Positions 48,959 through 57,110 of a DNA stretch of 64,000 nucleotides are shown here, piece by piece; within the stretch, counting starts at the first letter, position 1, and every line of letters starts with the position of its first letter. Source of the stretch: an uncultured Bacilli bacterium (GTDB lineage Bacteria > Bacillota_I > Bacilli_A > RF39 > UBA660); contig CANREL010000004.1 in the NCBI GenBank assembly GCA_947629655.1, forward strand, positions 13,577 to 77,576, read 5' to 3'. The position numbers and the translations under genes were made by a program. The notes below the pieces were generated by a model. The model saw only the letters and a list, made by a program, of their open reading frames with translations. It searched no databases and was not told the DNA's origin.

Positions 48959-49017
48959 AAACTAAAGTGTAAATTAAAGTAAAATTGACGTAAAAACATT
49001 TTAGTTTTTTTTATTTT

Positions 49018-49026
49018 TGATAGAAT
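49018..49026 (+). promoter_or_regulatory. Extended -10 element TGaTAGAAT.
   Basis: TGATAGAAT lies 33 nt upstream of the ATG at 49059. The same TGnTAGAAT form recurs before 51220 and 52538. Confidence 0.4.
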
Positions 49027-49058
49027 GATAATATAGGAATATTAGGATAGGTGATTAT

Positions 49059-49877
49059 ATGGAAGATTTAGAAAAACTTGGAAAGTTTGAAACTTTACAT
49101 TTAGGTGGAACTGGTACTATGTACTTAGTACATGGGGAAACAAAAAATTACATTTATAAACCGGCTGAAAGTAAGTTCAGTCATCAAAAAGAACCTTTTA
49201 GAGGAATAGTTCAAGAATGTGCTTATGAATTACAAGAGATAGTTGATCCAGTTTCAGCGGTCGTATGTAGATATGTTGATGCGGGAAAGATTTGTGGATC
49301 TGTTCAGGAACTGATCGTCGTTGATAAAAATGCTCCTGACTATAGAGATATGCAATATGCTGGTCAAATACCTGAATTATCATCTTCAGAAGTTGATCAA
49401 TTCATGAGAGAATTTGTAACTGATTATTTATTGTACAATTATGATTCACACGGAAAAAATTTTATAACTGACCAACAGGGAATCATTAGAGGTATTGACA
49501 AAGAACAATCTTTTAGATACATGCGTGAAAAGAAAGCGCAAACACTTGATTTGTATTACTCACCTAATGCGGCTTATGGTGAAGCTGAACCAATATACAA
49601 TACTATTTTTAGAGCGTATCGCGATGGTAAATTAGACATTGATTACAGTGTCATCAGTGGATGCATGGATAGAGTTGAAGCAGTCAGTGAAGACAGATAT
49701 CGCGCCATATTCGCTCCTTATTGTGAAGCTTGTGGTAAAGCTTTTGGTCAAAATCCTAATGAGATGTTAGATCAGATTGTCGCAAGACGCAATACGATGC
49801 GTGAAAAAGTGGATACTTTCTTTCAGGGATTGACTGAGGAACGCGAAGTTAATTTGAGTTCAGGAAAGGGAAAATAA
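49059..49877 (+). CDS. Atypical protein-kinase-like protein (HipA/CtkA/PI3-4K-like catalytic loop).
   Basis: Glycine-rich LHLGGTGTMYLV and catalytic-loop-like YNYDSHGKNFI (D.H.KN, as in HipA GNxDxHxKN). A downstream IRGIDKEQSF could be the DFG equivalent. The family call is inferred from motifs only. Confidence 0.45.
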   Translation: MEDLEKLGKFETLHLGGTGTMYLVHGETKNYIYKPAESKFSHQKEPFRGIVQECAYELQEIVDPVSAVVCRYVDAGKICGSVQELIVVDKNAPDYRDMQYAGQIPELSSSEVDQFMREFVTDYLLYNYDSHGKNFITDQQGIIRGIDKEQSFRYMREKKAQTLDLYYSPNAAYGEAEPIYNTIFRAYRDGKLDIDYSVISGCMDRVEAVSEDRYRAIFAPYCEACGKAFGQNPNEMLDQIVARRNTMREKVDTFFQGLTEEREVNLSSGKGK

Positions 49878-49878
49878 T

Positions 49879-51147
49879 ATGTTAGATAGTGAGGATAAGA
49901 AGTATAATTTTCATTCTCATACTTTTAGATGTGGTCATGCTTCAAATCTTCCTGATTCCACTTATTTAAATGTGGCTTTAAATAACAACTATAATAAGTA
50001 TGGTATTACTGACCATGCGCCTGTTCATCCCATTTTTTATGGCGATTCCAAAATGCGCATGAATGATAGTGAGCGATATGAATATATAAATGCGATTAAC
50101 AATTTGAAAGTGATGTATGCTAAAGAACTAGAAGTCTTTTGCGGATTTGAAGCTGAGTATGACGAAATTATTGAAGAGTATCTATGCGATTTGCGCGATA
50201 GTGTCGATTACATGATTTTGGGACAACACTATGTCTTAAATAGAGATATTAGAAAAAGTCCCAATTATCCAATAGAGTATGCGAAAAAAGTTTGTAAAGG
50301 AATTGAGAGCGGTTTATTCGACATCGTTGCTCATCCTGATATCTTTATGAAATTTCGCACTTCTTTAAAAGATGATGATAGTAGAGAAACATTCATGAAA
50401 AATGCTTACTTAGCATCAAAAATGATTTGTGCTAAAGCAAAGGAATATAATGTACCGCTAGAATTAAATTTAGGAGGAGTCCACATCTTTCCTCGAAAGA
50501 GAATTGAAAGTTTAGATATTGCTCTACCAACTGATTTCTTTCAAGATGATGATGATATGGATTATATCGATTATCCAACAAATTTATTTTGGAATATAGC
50601 TATTGAAATGGGAAATAGTGCTGTCGTTGGAATCGATGCACATTTTCCAAATGAAATTGAAGATCGTGAAGAAAAATTAGAAAGAATTAATCGATATATT
50701 GATCTCTCTAAAATAAATTTTTTACCAAATTCTTATGATCCTGTTAAAGCACGTTTAAACAATCCCAAATTGGAAGAAGCATATCAAAAGACGAAGGACA
50801 GTTTAAATTCAGTTGAAGCGCGATTAATAGATGACATAGTTAGTAAGAGTCTTGAAAGTGATAAAGAAGTTAAGCGTCATTCTTTGGCAACACAAATATC
50901 ACGCAGTTTGAAGTCACCAACTCATATTAGAGCGGTTCCCTTTGGCAATGGTTTTCTAACTCAAGATCAAATATATGACGACATGACTAAAAGAAATAGA
51001 GATGAGTTAGCAATTGTCGCAAGAAATGGTATCATGAGAACAAAAAGTCGTGATAGTGATATTTTTAGAACAGAACTACTAAATGAAATAGATGCTTATT
51101 ACCGTCATCAAGAAGTTGTTAATAAAGAGATTAAAAAGAATAAATAA
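49879..51147 (+). CDS. PHP-domain (HisJ-like) metal-dependent phosphoesterase with a ~150-aa C-terminal extension.
   Basis: N-terminal HSHTFRCGHAS (PHP motif I); later DHAP and FCGFEAEYD, then H-x-H like VAHPDIF. The ATG immediately follows the kinase-like gene's stop. Confidence 0.6.
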   Translation: MLDSEDKKYNFHSHTFRCGHASNLPDSTYLNVALNNNYNKYGITDHAPVHPIFYGDSKMRMNDSERYEYINAINNLKVMYAKELEVFCGFEAEYDEIIEEYLCDLRDSVDYMILGQHYVLNRDIRKSPNYPIEYAKKVCKGIESGLFDIVAHPDIFMKFRTSLKDDDSRETFMKNAYLASKMICAKAKEYNVPLELNLGGVHIFPRKRIESLDIALPTDFFQDDDDMDYIDYPTNLFWNIAIEMGNSAVVGIDAHFPNEIEDREEKLERINRYIDLSKINFLPNSYDPVKARLNNPKLEEAYQKTKDSLNSVEARLIDDIVSKSLESDKEVKRHSLATQISRSLKSPTHIRAVPFGNGFLTQDQIYDDMTKRNRDELAIVARNGIMRTKSRDSDIFRTELLNEIDAYYRHQEVVNKEIKKNK

Positions 51148-51149
51148 TA

Positions 51150-51181
51150 AAGAGTAAAACTTGTTTTTACTCTTTTGTTTT
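51150..51181 (+). terminator. Intrinsic terminator.
   Basis: AAGAGTAAAA-cttg-TTTTTACTCTT hairpin followed by a T-rich tail. Confidence 0.6.
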
Positions 51182-51191
51182 GATAAAATAT

Positions 51192-51200
51192 TGTTAGAAT
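51192..51200 (+). promoter_or_regulatory. Extended -10 element TGtTAGAAT.
   Basis: TGTTAGAAT lies 19 nt upstream of the ATG at 51220. Confidence 0.4.
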
Positions 51201-51219
51201 AAGATAGTGGGTGAAAAAG

Positions 51220-52503
51220 ATGGTTAATGTGTCAAATAAAAAGATATTATCGCTAACGCTTAATGAACTTATTAATATATCTTTAGATGATACTTTAGTC
51301 ATGTTGAATAATGATTTGACCAAAGTGGATAAGTATAGTTCTGATTATGCTTTATCAATCGCATCAGCTATCGTAAAAAGAATATTTTTAATTAAGAATT
51401 TTGCCCATCAATATGATAAATTTTATAAAATAATAACTTCTAATGAATTTAGAAATAATAAATATATTTATAGTGCTTTAAAAGATGAAAATACAACGCT
51501 TAGTGATTTGTTAGACGTCTATGATGATGCTGAAGAATTGACTAGTCTCATCGATGCCATTCTCATGAAAAATGAAAAGATGTTTGATGAATTAGTCTAT
51601 GGTCAATACAATGTACGTGAATTGTTTTCTTTAGAATTTGTCAATAAATTTAATCATAATTCTTTTAAAAGAATTTTATCTTTTTTGTTGAAAGATAGTG
51701 ATAGAAAAAGAGTTGTTAAAGCTCTATTCAAAAATAAGAATAATAAATTCATATACATGGTATCAAAAATGGATGATGTCGTTTTACAATACAGTAAAGA
51801 TGATACGAGTTATTTAGATGCCGTTTTAGTCATGTTAAATTACAACAATTATCGTCATCTCTTATGGGATTATTACAATAAATATATTGGTAATATAGAA
51901 AATGAGAATCTTATGAACAGTCCAGAATATCGTAAAGAAGTACCTGATGAGTTAAAAGAATTATTAAATTATACTTTTGCACTGATGGATTATAAGTATT
52001 TAAATGACAAAGTTCCTGAGATAATATCTAGTATCGATGAGTTGATAAGTTCTTTAAATGAAGGAAAAGATATGGTTCATACTACTGTTTTTGGGGTCAG
52101 TGGTTATGAAAAGGTCAAGAATGAAAGTTTTGATATCTTATTTGATTTTCCAAAGATGGATGATGAAAATAAATTGTTGAATTTAAAGATTGCTTTTTTT
52201 AGTAATATATATGGTATAACTTATGATCAAGCAGGGAAAATAATTGATAATTTTGATGATTTTATGAAAGATTTTGATGGATCTTTTGATAAAAAAGATC
52301 AATTGATATATGAGACAGTGATAGCGATGAAGTCTTTATATGATTTAAAGTTAGATGATAAAGATGGAATTGATCTATATCGTGAAGTATATTATAAATA
52401 TGTTAAAAAGAATGGATTATATGCTCCCGTTGAGTTATCAGCGGCAATCATGATGGAAGAGTTGATGCATAGAATGTATGAGAATTCTATAGAAATAATC
52501 TAG
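51220..52503 (+). CDS. N-terminal-domain-only paralog (about 428 aa) of the giant family.
   Basis: Aligns with the N-terminal halves of paralogs A, B and C (VHTTVFGVSGYEKV...IYGITYDQAGKI vs TIFGKEGLVKF...VYGITYEDAFYI) and ends just before the core domain (ELMHRMYENS vs LLNRMYMNTY). The ATG at 51220 follows a GGGTG RBS; the ORF track uses the GTG at 51211. Confidence 0.65.
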   Translation: MVNVSNKKILSLTLNELINISLDDTLVMLNNDLTKVDKYSSDYALSIASAIVKRIFLIKNFAHQYDKFYKIITSNEFRNNKYIYSALKDENTTLSDLLDVYDDAEELTSLIDAILMKNEKMFDELVYGQYNVRELFSLEFVNKFNHNSFKRILSFLLKDSDRKRVVKALFKNKNNKFIYMVSKMDDVVLQYSKDDTSYLDAVLVMLNYNNYRHLLWDYYNKYIGNIENENLMNSPEYRKEVPDELKELLNYTFALMDYKYLNDKVPEIISSIDELISSLNEGKDMVHTTVFGVSGYEKVKNESFDILFDFPKMDDENKLLNLKIAFFSNIYGITYDQAGKIIDNFDDFMKDFDGSFDKKDQLIYETVIAMKSLYDLKLDDKDGIDLYREVYYKYVKKNGLYAPVELSAAIMMEELMHRMYENSIEII

Positions 52504-52510
52504 TTTTATG

Positions 52511-52519
52511 TGATAGAAT
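52511..52519 (+). promoter_or_regulatory. Extended -10 element TGaTAGAAT.
   Basis: tgTGATAGAAT lies 19 nt upstream of the ATG at 52538, ahead of the AGGAGG RBS. Confidence 0.4.
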
Positions 52520-52537
52520 GTTATTAGGAGGTCTACT

Positions 52538-53641
52538 ATGAGTGAAATTTATAAAGACAATGAAAGAGTAGATGAAAGAGAAGCAGAAAAGAATTCTATT
52601 TTGGATGATTACTTAAAAGACGTTGGGCCAATTTCAAAATTTATTAATGAGGGCTTTGAAGAGATTGATAGGGATCTTGGCGTTCAAGATGGTGTTTTAG
52701 GATTTGCGGTAGGAGATGCTTTGGGTGTCCCTGTTGAATTTTCAAGACGTGAAACTTTGATAGATAGACCAGTTGTTGATATGATGGAGTATGGTGTTCA
52801 CAATCAACCAAAGGGAACTTGGAGTGATGATACTTCAATGATGATTGCTACAATGGATGCCATTATCAATAGTTCAAAGATTGATTATCACAAGATAGCT
52901 GATAATTTTTGCCTTTGGGCTAGCAGTAGAAAGTTTAATCCTCATGGTAAATTGTTTGACATTGGAATTACGACGAGTGATGCTCTTAAGCGTTACATGT
53001 TTGAAGGATGTGAGCCTACAAAAGCTGGCAATAAAGGTTATTATGACAATGGTAATGGTTCACTAATGCGCATTTTACCTTTGGCATATTACTTTAATAG
53101 TAATAAGATGTCCGATGAAGAGATGGCTACTATCATCAATAATGTCTCATCAATAACGCATGCTCATCCAATCAGTTGTATGGGATGTTATCTATACGTA
53201 AAATATGCCATGGATTTATTAGATGGAAAAGATTTCAATGAGGCTTATCAAGATCTACTAAGATGTGATGTATCAATGTATGATAATGATACAGTCAAAG
53301 CTTATGGTCGTATTTTAAGTGGTGAACTTGGACAAATAAAGGATCAAAATAAGATTAAATCTAGTGGCTTTGTCGTCGATTCTTTAGAGGCATCTATTTG
53401 GTGTTGCTTAAATAGTGATAATTATAAAGTTGCGACTTTGAAAGCTGTCAATCTTGGCGATGATACCGATACGGTTGGAGGATTGACAGGAGGATTAGCG
53501 GGTATTAAATATGGACGTGAAAGTATTCCTAAGAATTGGGTCGATTCTTTAGCACAAAAAGATTATTTAGTCGAGTTGTGTGATGAATATCAAAAAACGA
53601 TAAAAAAAACAGCAAATTTGAATAAAATTAGACATGTTTAA
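52538..53641 (+). CDS. ADP-ribosylglycohydrolase (ARH/DraG family) with a ~50-aa N-terminal module.
   Basis: ARH motifs GFAVGDALGVPVEF, WSDDTSMMIAT and, at the C-terminus, GDDTDTVGGLTGGLAG. The N-terminal ILDDYLKDVGPISKFINEGFEEI block is repeated in the 60097 ORF. Confidence 0.8.
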   Translation: MSEIYKDNERVDEREAEKNSILDDYLKDVGPISKFINEGFEEIDRDLGVQDGVLGFAVGDALGVPVEFSRRETLIDRPVVDMMEYGVHNQPKGTWSDDTSMMIATMDAIINSSKIDYHKIADNFCLWASSRKFNPHGKLFDIGITTSDALKRYMFEGCEPTKAGNKGYYDNGNGSLMRILPLAYYFNSNKMSDEEMATIINNVSSITHAHPISCMGCYLYVKYAMDLLDGKDFNEAYQDLLRCDVSMYDNDTVKAYGRILSGELGQIKDQNKIKSSGFVVDSLEASIWCCLNSDNYKVATLKAVNLGDDTDTVGGLTGGLAGIKYGRESIPKNWVDSLAQKDYLVELCDEYQKTIKKTANLNKIRHV

Positions 53642-53673
53642 AGAAAAAGTGTTATCATTTTTTCTTTTTTTTT
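53642..53673 (+). terminator. Possible weak terminator with an AT-only stem.
   Basis: AGAAAAA...TTTTTCT hairpin followed by T9. Confidence 0.3.
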
Positions 53674-53729
53674 GACCTTGGTCATCAATATTTGTTACAA
53701 TTATATTAGAATAGGATAGGTGTGGTAAC

Positions 53730-56700
53730 ATGGATGATCAAAGTATTGATAATGATTCTTTCTTGGAAGAAGATGATTTATATAGTGCAGTTGTAAACTC
53801 AGATGAAGAATTCGATGATGAGGATTTAGAAGATACACTTGATTTAGGTCTCTTTTCTAAAAATGATATGGACGAATCACCTAGTTTTGACGATGAAGAA
53901 GACTTACCGGAATTAGATAGTGATACTTTAAATGATCCTTTTCAAGATCCCTTTGATTCATCTTTGAGTAAAAGTTTCTTTCCACAGATGCAGGCCGTTT
54001 TAAAAAAGAGTGAAGCTATTGCTGTTAAACCAAGTATTTTAGATAAAAAAATTGTTGAATTAGAATCTATTCCCATTCAGGAATTGAGTGAAAAATTACT
54101 TGAAGAGATTAGAAGTTTAGAAAGTGAGACACCAGAATTTAGAAATGCACAATTACAAAGTATTTTTTCAAGAATATTAGAATTTCAACCAGTCAATAAG
54201 GCCGGTTCAACAAATGATTCGCATTTTGAAAAATATGAACAGAGATTGTTTACTGATCTAGTAAGTGCGATTGGCCTTTCCGATATCGATTTTGTCAAAG
54301 ACTTTTTAAAGTCAAGTTTTAAGTACGGCGGAAATAGTAGTAAAGTTCAACAGCGAAAATTATTATTACAAGTATTCGATTATTATGATACTCATTCTGA
54401 AGATGCCATTGAAAAATTCAATTACATATTTAGAAGTAGTGAAGCTATAGGTATAATGTTACTTGATGAACCAGAACTTTTAAAGACGCAATATTTTTCT
54501 AATCGTGTCATGGAACTATTTAGTAAAGAAAGTTTATCGCAACTTTATAGATTTAAATTTGTGATGGGTTATCAAGAGTTGGAGAATTTAGTCAAAGAAG
54601 AAAATGCTAAAGCTCTTTTTGTCGTTTCCCAAATGTGTAATTATAGTACCAATGTCATCGGTCATGATTTTGAATTCATGTCAGCTGTTTTTAAACAAAT
54701 TTCAACAAATCCAAAATTTTTTCAGTTGTTGAGTGATTCTTATGATTCTTTAGTTCATGGTGATGAAAAAGCTCATATGGCCAAAAAGGAATTAGAACCC
54801 GAATTTCGTAAATTGATGAATTATATATTGAATCAGTCATATGATAAAAGAGCGCTTGGTAGAAGTGACCATAGTAATATTTCAACACTTGCTGATTTTA
54901 TGAAATATGTTTCTAAACAGAGTGAAGAATTTCATGATTATGTCGTTAGACCTGGTACTTTATCAAAGATAGAAGATGAAACTTTTGATCCTGAAAATGA
55001 TTTCTTGAAAATTACTGATAAACAAGATTTACAAAATTTTAAACGTGGTATATTGATGGGAATTTATGGTATAAGTTTTGAAGAAGCTAAACATTACGTA
55101 TCACAATATGGTCAATACATGGAAGCTTTGGAAAAAGGAATTGTCGATGAAGATAAAGAAATTCTTCAGGTTTTAAAATCCATATGTTCAATTGTCAAAC
55201 TAGATGAAACTGATCAAAATTTTGAATCAAAAATTAGTCAGTTACAAACTGCTTATGCATATCAGATTAAGAAAAATGGACCTTATTTCCAAGATAAATA
55301 CGTTTCGACGATGATTCTTCAAGGTTTATTCAATAGAATGATAATGAATACTTATAACAAGAGAAATCTTTTAGCTTCCAGTTGTGAAGAACTTGGACGT
55401 GATGACGATGTAGTCTTGTTGGATGCGGGATATGATTTTGATATGGTAGTAACGTCTTTTAGTGGCGTTGAGAGTTTTTATCAATCTGGAGTTAATATGG
55501 CTAGTAAGTGGAATACGGCAGCTCTATCAGAAGGTCAAGGTCTTTGTGTATCACATATTTCTTCTCAAAATTTAGGAGTAATTTCTTTACAATCTCCAAT
55601 TATTGGATTTAGTAAGATTCCACAATACGCTTTAGATAGTATGGGACCAAATGATATATTCACTAATATCTCCAGTTATAATTTGCGCATGTTAAATGAA
55701 AATCGTGGTCGTGTTCAAAATCGTTTTTTCATTCCAGCTAATGTCATGTCTGATGAACAGCGATATGGTTATAATGAGATTTTGCTTGAAAGATTTTTAT
55801 CACAAGATGAAAAAGGCGATATCAAAATACAACCTAGTTATGTGGTATGTTATAAGATGAATGAAAATTATAAACAGTCTTTAAATTATAAACAATCTTT
55901 GAAAGTAGCTAAAGACTTTGGCATTCCAATGGTTGTCGTCGATGTCATGAAGATTAAGGAAAAAGAACAAAGTATCATCGAAGAACAACAACAACAATTG
56001 TTGAGTAGTGAAAAAGTCGATCTTGCAATGATGCATGATATTGTGACGCGATATATGAATAATTATACGGGATCTTTGACCATGTGTTGGGAGAATCAAT
56101 CTGATTGGCGCTATAGAGAAGATTTCTCAGTACCGGGAATGCGTAATTTTTTTGATGAAGTATTTCGAAAAATTTCCAGTATTGATGATGAAAATTTACA
56201 AAAAGAGTGGTTGGATGCTTTAGAATTCGCTTATCGTGATGAAAAGAGAAAGAATGATTCTGCTCATAAAGTTAGCAGTTATAAAGGATCAGTTCGAGGA
56301 TTTATTTTTGATCGTGATATGGAGAGTGGTGGATTTGATCTGTTGACTAGAATTACTGATGCAAGAAATGGAAAGTTCACTTATGCAAGCGAAGTGTATG
56401 TGGAAGATGAACCAACTGCTGATTTAGGTATTGTAACGCAAGTTAAAGTTACTAAAGTCATGTTATCGGATGGTGTCACAGAAGGTATTTTTGTCACTCC
56501 ACAAGAACTTAAAGAGGAAGATATTGCCATTATCAGTCTAACTAATGCGATGGAGATGGGTTCAACTTTTGACCTTGAAGATTATTCTCTAAATGGAGTT
56601 GATGGTTTTGCCATAAAATATAATGAGGTAGAAGATCAAGATGTTGTCGCAGCTGAAAATTTAGTCGTAAGTTATCTATTTGCCAATTTTGAAAGTGCCT

Positions 56701-57098
56701 TTATTGAAGATGTAGGTTTTGATCTCGGTAAGAAAGTGGCTGATGAATATGAATTGAATTTGGAACCAAACTATGACGTCACCTACAAATTTGATAACTC
56801 ATTATATAGTTCGGTATTCAATAAGAATTCGGAGAATCATCTCGATTTCAACCACGATATAATGGATAAGTACATCACTAAGATAGAGACGATGGACGAT
56901 AAAGATTTCTTAAAGATATTTACGCCAGTAATAGATAAAAAAGCAAGTGCTCTACAAAAGAGTCAAGAAGAGATAGGTGCCATTCTATTGGATCGCAAAG
57001 CCAATATTCGTTCACAATTCAACAACTTAGAACAGCACATCGCTATTGTTAATGGTGAAGCAGTAGACGTTATCAGTGATCATTTATCAACAAAGTAA
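53730..57098 (+). CDS. Giant cytoplasmic protein, paralog B (1122 aa), with an acidic low-complexity N-terminus.
   Basis: The first ~90 aa are D/E-rich. The same conserved N-domain and core motifs as paralog A are present. Contains an in-frame tandem duplication (NYKQSL twice) at 55866-55901. Confidence 0.7.
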   Translation: MDDQSIDNDSFLEEDDLYSAVVNSDEEFDDEDLEDTLDLGLFSKNDMDESPSFDDEEDLPELDSDTLNDPFQDPFDSSLSKSFFPQMQAVLKKSEAIAVKPSILDKKIVELESIPIQELSEKLLEEIRSLESETPEFRNAQLQSIFSRILEFQPVNKAGSTNDSHFEKYEQRLFTDLVSAIGLSDIDFVKDFLKSSFKYGGNSSKVQQRKLLLQVFDYYDTHSEDAIEKFNYIFRSSEAIGIMLLDEPELLKTQYFSNRVMELFSKESLSQLYRFKFVMGYQELENLVKEENAKALFVVSQMCNYSTNVIGHDFEFMSAVFKQISTNPKFFQLLSDSYDSLVHGDEKAHMAKKELEPEFRKLMNYILNQSYDKRALGRSDHSNISTLADFMKYVSKQSEEFHDYVVRPGTLSKIEDETFDPENDFLKITDKQDLQNFKRGILMGIYGISFEEAKHYVSQYGQYMEALEKGIVDEDKEILQVLKSICSIVKLDETDQNFESKISQLQTAYAYQIKKNGPYFQDKYVSTMILQGLFNRMIMNTYNKRNLLASSCEELGRDDDVVLLDAGYDFDMVVTSFSGVESFYQSGVNMASKWNTAALSEGQGLCVSHISSQNLGVISLQSPIIGFSKIPQYALDSMGPNDIFTNISSYNLRMLNENRGRVQNRFFIPANVMSDEQRYGYNEILLERFLSQDEKGDIKIQPSYVVCYKMNENYKQSLNYKQSLKVAKDFGIPMVVVDVMKIKEKEQSIIEEQQQQLLSSEKVDLAMMHDIVTRYMNNYTGSLTMCWENQSDWRYREDFSVPGMRNFFDEVFRKISSIDDENLQKEWLDALEFAYRDEKRKNDSAHKVSSYKGSVRGFIFDRDMESGGFDLLTRITDARNGKFTYASEVYVEDEPTADLGIVTQVKVTKVMLSDGVTEGIFVTPQELKEEDIAIISLTNAMEMGSTFDLEDYSLNGVDGFAIKYNEVEDQDVVAAENLVVSYLFANFESAFIEDVGFDLGKKVADEYELNLEPNYDVTYKFDNSLYSSVFNKNSENHLDFNHDIMDKYITKIETMDDKDFLKIFTPVIDKKASALQKSQEEIGAILLDRKANIRSQFNNLEQHIAIVNGEAVDVISDHLSTK

Positions 57099-57110
57099 GG
57101 GGAGATTTGA

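Noticed and set aside
48959-49058. The 100-nt intergenic region after paralog A could hold a tRNA or small RNA.
   Set aside because: The sequence is extremely AT-rich with no GC-rich acceptor or anticodon stem potential. It is better explained by the promoter element TGATAGAAT and a weak terminator-like palindrome.
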